From: Mycobacterium tuberculosis H37Rv
GTDB taxonomy: Bacteria > Actinomycetota > Actinomycetes > Mycobacteriales > Mycobacteriaceae
Reading direction: 5' to 3'
DNA: 32,000 nucleotides
Assembly: GCF_000195955.2 (NCBI RefSeq)
Contig: NC_000962.3
Location: 3,270,001-3,302,000, forward strand
This document shows positions 9,301 through 20,526 of this stretch, in pieces. The first letter of the stretch is position 1; each line of letters begins with the position of its first letter. Under the pieces are notes generated by a model. The model saw only the letters and a list, made by a program, of their open reading frames with translations. It had not been told where the DNA came from and did no database searches. The position numbers were made by a program, and so were the translations under genes.

Positions 9301-12300
9301 ACCGCGTGTAGCAGTAGCGGGCATTGCGGGTAGGCCCGTAGGCACGCAGGCTGCGCACACCCAACGGCAACAGCAGGCCACCAGTGGCCGTACCGGCCTG
9401 GACGCCCGCGCCGACCGACTGGAAACAAGCGTCCAGCAGCGCCGGGTGGATTCGGTAGGCGCCCTGCTGGAACCGGATCGACGCGGGCAGCGCGACCTCG
9501 GCCAGCACCGTCGCGGCTCCCGCCTCGGCGGTATGCGCGGTGGTCAGACCACCGAACGCGGCGCCCAAAGTAACACCACGCTCGGCGAACGATTCCCGCA
9601 TGGCGGTCCCGTTCACGGCGTGCGGATGCGCCTGCAGCAGAGCGGTGATGTCGTACCCCGGCGGCGGGCAGTCATCTTCGGCGGCGCGCAGCGCCGCGGT
9701 GGCATGCCGGGTGGTTTCACCGTCCCGGTTGGTCTCCACGGTGAAGTTGACGACACCAGGCGCGTCGATCGATGCGACGGCGTCGATCGGGGTCTGCTCG
9801 TCGAGCAACAACATCTGCTCAAAGGTGATGTCGCGAACCTCAGCCGCTTCGCCGAAGACCTCAGCGGCCGCAGCCAAAGCCATCTCGCAGTAGGCGGCGC
9901 CGGGAAGGGCGGCAACGTTATGCACCTGATGATCGCTGAGCCAGGACAGCACCGAGGTGCCAACGTCGCCCTGCCAGACGTGGCGCTCAGGTTCCTCAGT
10001 CAGCCGCACATGCGAGCCAAGCAACGGATGCACGGTGATGGTGCAGGCACCTTGTGCCCGCTGTTCTTGCCCATCATCGTCGATGAATAGGCGGGCGTGG
10101 GTCCACGCCGGCAGCGGCGCATCCACCAGCCGCCCAGCGGGATACAGCGCCGAATAGTCCAAAGCGGCGCCCGCGCGGTGCAGCTCCGTCAGCAAGCCGC
10201 GCAGACCATGCGGCAGAGGCTGCTCTCGCCGCATGCCGGCCAGGGCGGCGACCGACATGTCGAGGCTTCGGCCCGTCTGTTCGACGGCGTGGGTAAGCAG
10301 CGGGTGGGGCGACAGCTCCGCGAAGACCCGGTAGCCGTCCTCCATCGCAGCCTGCACCGCCGCGGCGAACTGCACCGTGTTGCGCAGATTGTCCACCCAG
10401 TAAGCGCCATCGCACACCGGCTGCTCGCGCGGGTCGAACAGGGTCGCCGAGTAGTACGGCACCTTGGGCGTCATCGGAGCAATGTCCGCCAGCGCCGCGG
10501 CCAAATCGTCGAGTATCGGATCGACTTGAGGCGAGTGCGACGCCACGTCGACGGCCACCTCGCGCGCCATCACGTCCCGCTGCTCCCAACGGGCGATGAG
10601 GTCACGAACGGTGTCGCTCGTACCGCCGATCACCGTGGATTGCGGGGACGCCACCACCGAGACCACAACATCGTCGATTCCGCGTGCCATCAGCTCCGAA
10701 TTCACTTGCTTGGCGGGCAATTCCACCGAGCCCATGGCACCAGCACCGGCTATGCGGGTCATCAGCTTCGAGCGGCGGCAAATGACGCGCGCCGCGTCCT
10801 CGAGCGACAGTGCCCCCGCGACGACGGCCGCGGCCGACTCACCCATCGAGTGTCCGACGACCGCGCCCGGCCGCACTCCGTAGGTTTGCTCCATGGTGGC
10901 GGCCAACGCGACCTGAACGGCGAACACTGCCGGCTGCACTTTGTCGATTCCGGTCACGGTCTGCTGCGCCGTTATCGCCTCGGTCACCGAGAATCCCGAT
11001 TCTGCGGCGATCACCGGCTCCAGCTTGGCGATGGTGGCCGCGAACACTGGTTCGCTGGCGAGCAATTGCGTGCCCATCGCCGCCCACTGCGACCCTTGCC
11101 CGGAGAAGACCCAGACCGGTCCTCGATCACCGTGTCCCACCGCCGCGTCATAGAGGGCGTCACCGTCGGCCACCTCGCGCAAACCCTCGACGAGCTCCGG
11201 CAGGTTGGCGGCAACCACCGCGGTGCGCACCGGCCGGTGCGCGCGGCCACGCGCCAGCGTGTAGGCCAGATCCGAGGCCGCCACGCAGTCCTGGTGTTCT
11301 TCCACCCAGGTGGCTAGTTGGCGGGCCGTCTGGCGCAGTGCGTCGCTGGACGTGGACGACAGCATGAATAGCCGCGGGCCCACCTCAGCGTCGCCCGGTG
11401 AACTCTCGGGTGCGGAAGCTTCTGCTGGGGCCTCTTCCACGATGGCATGCACGTTGGTCCCGGACATCCCGAACGAGGACACCGCGACCCGCTTCGGTGT
11501 GTGATCATTACCGTTGGGCCACGGCGTAACCGCTTGCGGCACAAAGAGCCCGGTCTCGACGTCGGAAAGCTCATCGGGCAGCCGATTGAAATGCAGCAGC
11601 GGCGGCACCACCCCGTGCCGCAGTGACAGAATTGCCTTGATCAGCCCGACGGTCCCCGCCGATGCCGTGCTGTGCCCCATGTTGCTCTTGGCCGATCCAA
11701 GCGCGCAGGGGGTGCCCGCGCCATACACCCGCGCCAGGCTGCGGTACTCAATCGGGTCGCCGATTGGCGTACCGGTGCCGTGCGCCTCGACCACACCGAC
11801 CGTTTCGGGCTGCACGCCCGCCGCCGCCAACGCCGCACGGTACACGGCAACCTGGGCGTCCTCGGACGGCATGGTGAGCGTCTCCGTGCGGCCGTCCTGA
11901 TTGGTGGCCGTGCCACGCACCACGGCGAAGATCCGATTACCGTCGCGCAGCGCATCCGGCAGTCGCTTCAGCAACACCATCGCGCAGCCCTCGGAACGCA
12001 CAAACCCATCCGCGTCAGCATCGAATGAATGGCACCGACCGGTTGACGACAGCATGCCCTGCGCAGACGCCGCCACACTGGCATGCGGCTCCAGCAGCAC
12101 CGCACAACCGCCCGCCAAAGCGAGGTCAGCTTCGCCGTCATGCAGGCTGCGGCAGGCCAGGTGCACCGCCATCAGACCCGAAGAACACGCGGTGTCAAAC
12201 GTCATCGCCGGACCATGTAGACCCAATGTGTGCGCGATCCGCCCTGACGCCACACTGTTGTTGAGGCCGGTAACCACATATGGACTGGCCAAACCGCCCG

Positions 12301-12715
12301 CCGTTGTGGTGAGTACCAGGTAGTCCTCGTGGGTCAGCCCAGTAAAAACGGCCGTCGAGGACCCGGCCAACGACGCCGGATCCAGACCAGCATGCTCGAT
12401 CGCCTCCCACGACGTTTCCAGCAGTAGCCGCTGCTGCGGATCGATCGAGGTCGCTTCCCGCTCGCTAATCCCGAAGAACTCAGCATCGAAACCGGCGACG
12501 TCGTCAAGGAACCCACCCCACCGGGACACCGACCGCCCGGGAACCCCTGGCTCAGGGTCGTAATAGTCGTCGGCGTCCCAGCGGTCGGGCGGAATCTCGG
12601 TGACCAAGTCATCACCGCGCAGCAACGACTCCCACAGTTTGTCGGGCGAGTTGATCCCCCCAGGAAGCCGACATCCCATCCCGATCACCGCAACGGGAGT
12701 GACACGTGATTCCAT
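6380..12715 (-). CDS. mas: Mycocerosic acid synthase (iterative type I PKS: KS-AT-DH-ER-KR-ACP)
   Basis: 2111 aa. KS '[18 protein letters not shown]', AT '[17 protein letters not shown]', ER '[21 protein letters not shown]', KR '[19 protein letters not shown]', ACP '[15 protein letters not shown]'. Confidence 0.96.
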
Positions 12716-12905
12716 ACTCTTCCAACCTCGTCTCAGCTCAACCGGTGTTACCCGACGACATCAGCGAATTTTCACACCGGGAATGAAACGGCCGCGGTGC
12801 CGCTCTCCCAGCTCTTAAGTAATCCGAGCCAACCCGGATCCCGACACCAAAGACAAGTGTTACACGACGCCAAGACCCCCCGCGGGTAGCGCTGGAATAC
12901 TAACA

Positions 12906-12921
12906 CGAGCACATGTGCTCG
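12906..12921. promoter_or_regulatory. Perfect 16-bp palindrome CGAGCACATGTGCTCG in the mas/fadD28 divergent intergenic region; candidate operator
   Basis: The sequence equals its own reverse complement over 16 bp, about 190 bp upstream of the mas start on the intergenic side. Confidence 0.5.
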
Positions 12922-13098
12922 CGACCGAGTCTCACCTCGGACCTGGGCAAATGACCCCATGTCGCAGGTGCATGGAGTTGTTCGGGCAGTCTCGGCGAGG
13001 TTGCAGGGCTGTTCGACCAGCGGATTTCGACACTCGGTAACGCAAGCCAGTTAGGGGCGGTCATCGGTGATGCTGCGCCACGAAGCACTACATCCGTT

Positions 13099-13150
13099 GC
13101 ACCGCAATTATTTTCGGTGCCCGCATGACGGGCGCAATGCCTTAATTGCG
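13099..13150. promoter_or_regulatory. Cluster of three abutting inverted repeats upstream of fadD28
   Basis: GCACCG(13099-13104)/CGGTGC(13115-13120); GCCCG(13119-13123)/CGGGC(13129-13133); CGCAAT(13133-13138)/ATTGCG(13145-13150). Confidence 0.4.
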
Positions 13151-13334
13151 TTAGCCGGCGACCCGCCGCGGGGGCGGCGCCACATCACATCCGACCGTGT
13201 CCGATGGTGGACCCATGGCGAGCCGGCAAACCCCTGCTGAGCTGGCCAGATGCGACTTGGCTAAGACCGCGGAGCGCGAGCACACCCCGACGGCGACTGC
13301 GACAACTCCAAGCGTGGCCGGTAACGTGATGCCC

Positions 13335-15077
13335 ATGAGTGTGCGTTCCCTTCCCGCTGCGTTGCGCGCGTGTGCGCGTCTGCAACCCCATGACCCGGCC
13401 TTCACGTTTATGGATTACGAACAGGACTGGGACGGCGTTGCGATAACCCTGACGTGGTCGCAGCTGTATCGGCGAACGCTGAATGTGGCACAGGAGCTGA
13501 GCCGTTGTGGTTCCACGGGTGACCGCGTGGTGATCTCTGCTCCGCAGGGACTCGAGTACGTCGTCGCCTTTCTCGGCGCGTTGCAGGCCGGGCGCATCGC
13601 CGTGCCGCTTTCGGTTCCACAAGGCGGCGTTACCGATGAACGTTCCGATTCGGTACTGAGTGATTCGTCGCCGGTGGCCATTCTCACTACATCGTCTGCC
13701 GTGGACGACGTCGTGCAACATGTTGCGCGGCGGCCCGGGGAATCCCCGCCATCAATTATCGAAGTTGATTTGCTCGATCTGGACGCTCCGAATGGGTATA
13801 CCTTCAAAGAAGACGAGTATCCATCTACCGCGTATTTGCAATACACCTCCGGGTCCACCCGCACGCCCGCTGGCGTGGTGATGTCCCATCAGAACGTTCG
13901 GGTTAATTTCGAACAGCTGATGTCTGGCTACTTTGCGGATACCGACGGGATTCCACCGCCAAATTCCGCACTCGTATCCTGGCTACCCTTCTACCACGAC
14001 ATGGGTTTGGTAATAGGAATTTGCGCACCAATTCTGGGTGGATACCCCGCGGTGCTCACCAGCCCGGTGTCGTTCCTGCAGCGCCCGGCCCGGTGGATGC
14101 ACTTGATGGCCAGCGATTTTCACGCCTTTTCGGCAGCACCGAATTTCGCCTTTGAACTAGCGGCACGAAGAACAACCGACGACGACATGGCCGGGCGTGA
14201 CCTCGGCAACATACTGACCATCCTCAGCGGTAGCGAGCGGGTACAGGCCGCGACGATCAAGCGCTTCGCCGACCGCTTTGCTCGCTTCAATCTGCAGGAG
14301 AGGGTGATCCGGCCTTCATACGGGCTCGCAGAAGCAACGGTGTACGTGGCGACGAGCAAACCGGGTCAACCACCGGAGACCGTCGACTTCGATACTGAAA
14401 GTTTATCCGCCGGCCATGCGAAGCCGTGCGCAGGCGGCGGCGCTACATCGTTGATCAGCTACATGTTGCCGCGGTCACCGATCGTGCGGATCGTCGACTC
14501 GGACACCTGCATCGAATGTCCGGACGGAACCGTCGGCGAGATCTGGGTGCACGGCGACAACGTCGCTAATGGCTATTGGCAAAAACCCGACGAGAGTGAG
14601 CGCACGTTCGGCGGAAAGATTGTCACCCCTTCGCCGGGCACACCCGAAGGTCCTTGGCTAAGAACGGGCGACTCAGGTTTCGTCACCGATGGCAAAATGT
14701 TCATCATCGGTCGGATCAAAGATCTCCTAATTGTGTACGGACGCAACCACTCCCCCGACGACATCGAGGCAACGATCCAGGAGATCACCCGCGGGCGCTG
14801 CGCGGCGATCTCGGTTCCCGGTGACCGCAGCACCGAAAAGCTGGTCGCCATTATCGAACTCAAGAAGCGTGGCGACTCAGATCAGGACGCGATGGCTAGA
14901 CTGGGCGCTATTAAACGCGAAGTCACGTCGGCTTTATCGAGTTCGCACGGTCTCAGCGTCGCGGATCTGGTTCTGGTTGCGCCTGGCTCGATCCCCATTA
15001 CCACCAGCGGGAAGGTCAGGAGAGGGGCGTGTGTCGAGCAATATCGACAGGATCAATTCGCCCGCTTGGATGCCTAG
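13335..15077 (+). CDS. fadD28: Long-chain fatty-acyl-AMP ligase (FAAL) FadD28
   Basis: The supplied ORF starts at 13197. The ATG at 13335 ('[29 protein letters not shown]') gives a 580-aa product that fits the family. AMP-binding motif '[21 protein letters not shown]', adjacent to mas. Confidence 0.93.
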
Positions 15078-17832
15078 TCCGGCTGGCCGTCTACACAGAA
15101 TTCGGTATATCCGTTTGAAAAAGTCCTCCCCGGACTGCCGCGCCACCATCACCAGCGGGTCAGCCGACGGTCAGCGAAGGTCACCCCGGCTCACCAACCT
15201 GCTCGTCGTCGCCGCCTGGGTTGCCGCGGCGGTGATCGCAAATCTGCTTCTCACGTTCACGCAAGCAGAACCGCACGACACCAGCCCGGCGCTGCTGCCA
15301 CAAGATGCCAAGACAGCCGCCGCCACCAGCCGGATTGCGCAGGCTTTCCCCGGCACCGGTAGCAACGCTATCGCCTATCTCGTCGTGGAAGGCGGCAGCA
15401 CGCTTGAGCCGCAGGACCAGCCTTACTACGACGCCGCCGTCGGTGCCCTGCGCGCCGACACCCGCCACGTGGGATCCGTCCTCGACTGGTGGTCAGATCC
15501 CGTCACCGCCCCGCTGGGAACCAGCCCCGACGGCCGCTCCGCTACGGCCATGGTGTGGCTGCGGGGCGAGGCGGGCACCACCCAAGCTGCCGAATCCCTC
15601 GATGCCGTCCGATCGGTGCTGCGCCAGTTACCGCCCAGTGAGGGGCTTCGCGCCAGCATCGTGGTCCCGGCAATCACCAACGACATGCCGATGCAGATAA
15701 CCGCCTGGCAGAGCGCGACGATCGTGACCGTTGCGGCGGTGATCGCCGTCCTACTGCTGCTGCGGGCGCGCCTGTCGGTGCGGGCCGCGGCGATCGTGCT
15801 GCTGACCGCGGACTTGTCGCTTGCGGTGGCCTGGCCGCTGGCCGCGGTGGTGCGGGGACACGATTGGGGAACCGATTCGGTATTTTCTTGGACGCTGGCC
15901 GCGGTCCTGACGATCGGAACCATCACCGCAGCCACCATGCTGGCCGCGCGGCTCGGGTCCGACGCAGGTCATTCGGCCGCGCCCACATACCGCGACAGCC
16001 TGCCCGCGTTCGCCCTGCCCGGGGCGTGTGTCGCCATATTCACCGGCCCGCTGCTGCTGGCCCGAACCCCAGCGCTGCACGGAGTTGGCACTGCCGGGCT
16101 AGGTGTCTTTGTGGCACTTGCGGCTTCGTTGACGGTGCTGCCTGCCCTGATCGCGCTTGCCGGAGCGTCACGGCAGTTACCGGCACCAACCACGGGTGCC
16201 GGCTGGACAGGCCGGTTGTCGCTACCCGTCTCTTCTGCTTCGGCCCTGGGCACAGCGGCAGTGCTGGCGATCTGCATGCTACCCATCATCGGGATGCGGT
16301 GGGGTGTGGCCGAGAACCCGACAAGGCAAGGCGGCGCACAAGTCCTTCCGGGGAATGCGCTTCCCGATGTGGTGGTGATCAAATCCGCTCGGGACCTGAG
16401 GGACCCAGCCGCGCTCATCGCCATCAACCAGGTCAGCCACCGTCTGGTGGAGGTTCCCGGTGTGCGCAAGGTGGAGTCGGCGGCATGGCCGGCCGGTGTC
16501 CCGTGGACCGACGCCTCGCTCAGTTCCGCGGCCGGCAGGCTCGCCGACCAGCTGGGTCAGCAGGCCGGATCGTTCGTGCCGGCGGTGACTGCGATCAAAT
16601 CGATGAAGTCCATAATCGAACAGATGAGCGGCGCGGTCGACCAACTGGACAGCACCGTGAACGTGACTCTCGCCGGGGCAAGGCAAGCACAGCAATACCT
16701 CGATCCCATGCTCGCCGCCGCGCGGAACCTCAAAAACAAAACCACCGAACTGTCGGAATACCTGGAAACGATCCACACCTGGATTGTCGGCTTCACAAAC
16801 TGCCCCGACGACGTCCTGTGCACGGCCATGCGCAAGGTCATTGAACCCTACGACATCGTGGTCACCGGCATGAACGAGCTGTCCACTGGCGCCGACCGCA
16901 TCTCCGCGATATCGACACAGACAATGAGCGCGTTGTCCTCGGCACCGCGGATGGTGGCGCAGATGCGGTCGGCGCTAGCACAGGTGCGCTCGTTCGTACC
17001 CAAGCTGGAAACAACCATCCAGGACGCCATGCCGCAAATAGCGCAGGCGTCGGCGATGCTGAAGAATCTCAGCGCCGATTTCGCCGATACCGGTGAGGGC
17101 GGCTTCCACCTGTCCAGGAAGGACCTGGCGGACCCGTCGTACCGGCACGTACGGGAATCGATGTTCTCGTCAGACGGAACCGCCACCCGGCTGTTCCTCT
17201 ATTCTGACGGACAACTGGACCTTGCTGCGGCAGCACGCGCGCAGCAGCTCGAGATCGCCGCGGGCAAGGCGATGAAATACGGAAGCCTGGTCGACAGCCA
17301 GGTCACGGTGGGTGGGGCCGCGCAAATAGCCGCGGCTGTCCGCGATGCCCTCATCCACGATGCTGTGCTACTGGCCGTTATCTTGCTCACGGTAGTGGCT
17401 CTGGCCAGCATGTGGCGCGGTGCCGTCCACGGTGCTGCGGTTGGCGTGGGTGTGCTGGCCTCTTACCTCGCCGCCCTGGGGGTCTCGATTGCACTGTGGC
17501 AACACCTACTGGATCGCGAGCTCAACGCCTTGGTCCCGCTGGTGTCGTTCGCCGTCCTCGCTTCGTGCGGCGTCCCGTATCTCGTTGCCGGCATCAAAGC
17601 CGGTCGTATCGCCGACGAGGCAACGGGTGCGCGGTCCAAGGGGGCGGTATCCGGGCGGGGAGCGGTTGCGCCGCTTGCGGCGCTCGGTGGCGTATTCGGC
17701 GCTGGCCTGGTGCTGGTGTCGGGAGGTTCCTTCAGCGTGCTCAGTCAGATTGGCACGGTTGTTGTGCTCGGTCTGGGCGTGCTGATCACGGTGCAGCGAG
17801 CGTGGCTTCCGACCACGCCAGGGCGGCGTTGA
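15070..17832 (+). CDS. mmpL7: RND-family lipid transporter MmpL7 (PDIM export)
   Basis: ATG at 15070 ('[18 protein letters not shown]...') overlaps the end of fadD28 by 8 nt. 920 aa with TM blocks typical of MmpL/RND proteins. The supplied ORF starts further upstream, at 14731. Confidence 0.94.
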
Positions 17833-18070
17833 CCGCCTGTTCGAGACCCCATGCCACGCTCGGCTGGCCGACGACGATCACCCATCGCAGACACCACACT
17901 TGGTAGGGGTTGCCAGTTGTTGGCCGGGTGAGTGGTCGGCGCGCCGTTGCCCGGGGTAGGGTTCGAGGTCTTTGGATGATGGGCGTTTCCACGCTGCCCA
18001 AAGGATGACCTCGACGTGTCCGAGTTCACGTTGACCGCGTGAAGTTAAACCGGTGCCGAGCGTGCACTGA

Positions 18071-18099
18071 GGGCGAAATCCGGCGCCGATTTTCCGCCC
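18071..18099. other. Imperfect palindrome (bulged hairpin) in the mmpL7-IS noncoding gap
   Basis: GGGCGAAATCCGGCGCCGATTTTCCGCCC, with outer arms GGGCG/CGCCC, inner AAAT/ATTT and core CGGCGCCG. Confidence 0.35.
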
Positions 18100-18360
18100 T
18101 GAGTTCACGTTGGGCGACGGCGCCCATGAACGACGCCACATCGCACATGGCGCTCAGGCCAAGCACCAGCCCATCTCCGTCGCCGGCCACCGTCACCGAT
18201 CGAACGACCTCGACCCCCGCCCTGGCAACAACACGCCGCTGCCCTCTACACCTCCGCGCTGTCGAAAATTGTCACGGAGCCTTGCGGGGGCTGGTGCGAC
18301 TGATATGACGCACCTTCCGCCAGAGGCTAGCCCGACGTTTACTGACGTTACTGCTGCTTA

Positions 18361-18365
18361 CCGTT
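18361..18365. repeat. Left copy of 5-bp target site duplication (CCGTT)
   Basis: CCGTT immediately before the left IS terminus TGTCGACGG; same 5-mer at 20579-20583 immediately after the right terminus. Confidence 0.8.
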
Positions 18366-18417
18366 TGTCGACGGCACGTGAAAACTGACCCCGGCGCGGC
18401 ACCCGAATTTTGACCCC
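18366..18417 (+). repeat. Left terminal inverted repeat region with two 20-bp units
   Basis: TGTCGAC then GGCACGTGAAAACTGACCCC (18373-18392) and GGCACCCGAATTTTGACCCC (18398-18417). Confidence 0.85.
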
Positions 18418-18463
18418 CTGGTCGGGTGGACTGGCTCTACCCGAGCCAGGAGGACCGAAGGGA

Positions 18464-19705
18464 ATGTTGACTGTGGAAGATTGGGCTGAGATTCGCCGAT
18501 TGCATCGCGCGGAGGGTTTGCCGATCAAGATGATCGCCCGGGTGCTGGGGATTTCCAAGAACACGGTGAAGTCAGCGTTGGAATCAAACCAGCAGCCGAA
18601 ATATGAACGGGCACCGCAGGGTTCGATCGTTGATGCGGTTGAGCCGCGGATCCGGGAGTTGTTGCAGGCCTATCCGACGATGCCGGCGACGGTGATCGCC
18701 GAGCGGATCGGCTGGGAGCGCTCGATTCGGGTGCTCTCGGCGCGGGTGGCCGAGCTGCGCCCGGTGTATCTGCCGCCGGACCCGGCGTCGCGCACCACGT
18801 ATGTGGCAGGCGAAATTGCCCAGTGCGACTTCTGGTTTCCGCCGATCGAGTTGCCGGTAGGGTTCGGGCAGACCCGCACGGCCAAACAGTTGCCGGTGCT
18901 GACCATGGTGTGCGCCTATTCGCGCTGGCTGTTGGCGATGCTGCTGCCCAGCAGGTGTGCCGAGGACCTGTTCGCCGGCTGGTGGCGGCTGATCGAGGCG
19001 TTGGGGGCGGTGCCGCGGGTGTTGGTGTGGGATGGCGAGGGCGCGATCGGGCGCTGGCGCGGCGGGCGGTCGGAGTTGACCACTGAGTGTCAGGCGTTCC
19101 GCGGCACGCTGGCGGCCAAGGTGCTCATCTGCCGGCCGGCCGACCCGGAGGCCAAGGGCCTCATTGAACGGGCCCACGACTACCTGGAGCGCTCGTTTTT
19201 GCCCGGGCGGGTGTTTGCCTCGCCGGCCGATTTCAACGCCCAACTGGGCGCCTGGCTGGCGCTGGTGAACACCCGCACCCGCCGGGCGCTGGGTTGTGCG
19301 CCCACCGATCGCATCGGCGCGGATCGGGCCGCGATGCTGAGCTTGCCGCCGGTGGCGCCGGCCACCGGGTGGTGCACCTCGCTGCGGCTGCCCCGGGATC
19401 ACTATGTGCGCTGCGATTCCAACGACTACTCGGTGCACCCGGGTGTGATCGGGCATCGGGTGCTGGTGCGCGCCGACCTGGAGCGGGTGCATGTGTTCTG
19501 CGACGGTGAGCTGGTCGCCGACCACGAGCGGATCTGGGCGGTCCATCAGACGGTCTCCGATCCCGCACATGTGGAGGCGGCGAAGGTGTTGCGCCGCCGG
19601 CACTTCAGTGCAGCATCACCGGTAGTTGAGCCGCAGGTGCAGGTCCGCTCACTGAGCGACTACGATGACGCGCTGGGAGTCGACATCGATGGCGGGGTGG
19701 CCTGA
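18464..19705 (+). CDS. istA: IS21-family transposase IstA
   Basis: 413 aa from the ATG at 18464. N-terminal HTH 'IARVLGISKNTVKSAL' and a DDE-type core ('CDFWFPPIEL...', 'VLVWDGEGAIG', 'KGLIERAHDYLERSF'). Confidence 0.9.
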   Translation: MLTVEDWAEIRRLHRAEGLPIKMIARVLGISKNTVKSALESNQQPKYERAPQGSIVDAVEPRIRELLQAYPTMPATVIAERIGWERSIRVLSARVAELRPVYLPPDPASRTTYVAGEIAQCDFWFPPIELPVGFGQTRTAKQLPVLTMVCAYSRWLLAMLLPSRCAEDLFAGWWRLIEALGAVPRVLVWDGEGAIGRWRGGRSELTTECQAFRGTLAAKVLICRPADPEAKGLIERAHDYLERSFLPGRVFASPADFNAQLGAWLALVNTRTRRALGCAPTDRIGADRAAMLSLPPVAPATGWCTSLRLPRDHYVRCDSNDYSVHPGVIGHRVLVRADLERVHVFCDGELVADHERIWAVHQTVSDPAHVEAAKVLRRRHFSAASPVVEPQVQVRSLSDYDDALGVDIDGGVA

Positions 19706-20506
19706 TGCCCACCACCAAAGCCACCCAGCGCCGTGATGTTTCCACCGAGATCGCTTACCTGACAAGAGCATTGAAAGCTCCCACCCTGCGTGAGTCAGTG
19801 TCCCGGCTGGCCGATCGCGCCCGCGCCGAGAACTGGAGCCACGAAGAATACCTGGCCGCCTGCCTGCAGCGGGAAGTGTCAGCCCGGGAGTCCCATGGTG
19901 GTGAGGGCCGCATCCGCGCCGCCCGCTTCCCGGCTCGGAAGTCGTTGGAAGAGTTCGACTTTGAGCATGCTCGTGGCCTCAAACGCGACACCATCGCACA
20001 TCTGGGCACCCTGGATTTCATCACCGCCCGCGATAACGTCGTGTTTTTGGGCCCCGCCTGGCACCGGGAAGACTCATCTTGCGGTCGGCCTGGCGATACG
20101 CGCGTGTCAGGCCGGTCATCGGGTGCTGTTCGCCACCGCCGCCGAATGGGTAGCACGGCTCGCCGAGGCTCACCACGCCGGGCGCATCTACGCCGAACTC
20201 ACCCGGCTTTGCCGCTATCCGCTCCTGGTGGTTGACGAAGTCGGCTACATTCCGTTTGAGCCCGAGGCCGCCAACCTCTTCTTCCAGCTGGTGTCCTCCC
20301 GGTATGAGCGGGCCAGCTTGATCGTCACGTCCAATAAGGCCTTCGGCCGGTGGGGCGAGGTTTTCGGCGGCGACGACGTCGTTGCTGCCGCCATGATCGA
20401 CCGCCTCGTCCACCATGCTGAAGTCGTCGCCCTCAAAGGCGACAGCTACCGGCTCAAAGACCGCGACCTCGGCCGCGTCCCACCAGCCGGAACCACCGAA
20501 GAATAA
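19705..20506 (+). pseudogene. istB: IstB ATP-binding helper protein of the IS21-family element, split by a +1 frameshift
   Basis: ORF 19705-20235 carries the IstB N-terminus up to 'NVVFLGP'. ORF 19790-20506 in the next frame carries 'APPGTGKTHLAVGLAIRACQ...LLVVDEVGYIPF...'. The junction is the CCCC run at 20052-20055. Confidence 0.88.
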
Positions 20507-20526
20507 CCACCAACCGCCCGGTCTAG

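Noticed and set aside
13197-13334. 46-aa upstream extension of the fadD28 ORF
   Set aside because: Sequence '[28 protein letters not shown]...' does not look like the conserved FAAL N-terminus, which begins at 13335 ([25 protein letters not shown]).
14731-15069. N-terminal 113-aa extension of the mmpL7 ORF
   Set aside because: It overlaps the clearly coding fadD28 C-terminus. The ATG at 15070 gives a sensible basic N-terminus ahead of the first TM segment.
19790-20060. N-terminal part of ORF 19790-20506 as genuine protein
   Set aside because: Before 'APPGTGKT' this frame is an out-of-frame shadow. The real IstB N-terminus is in the 19705 frame, so the pair is one frameshifted gene and not two proteins.
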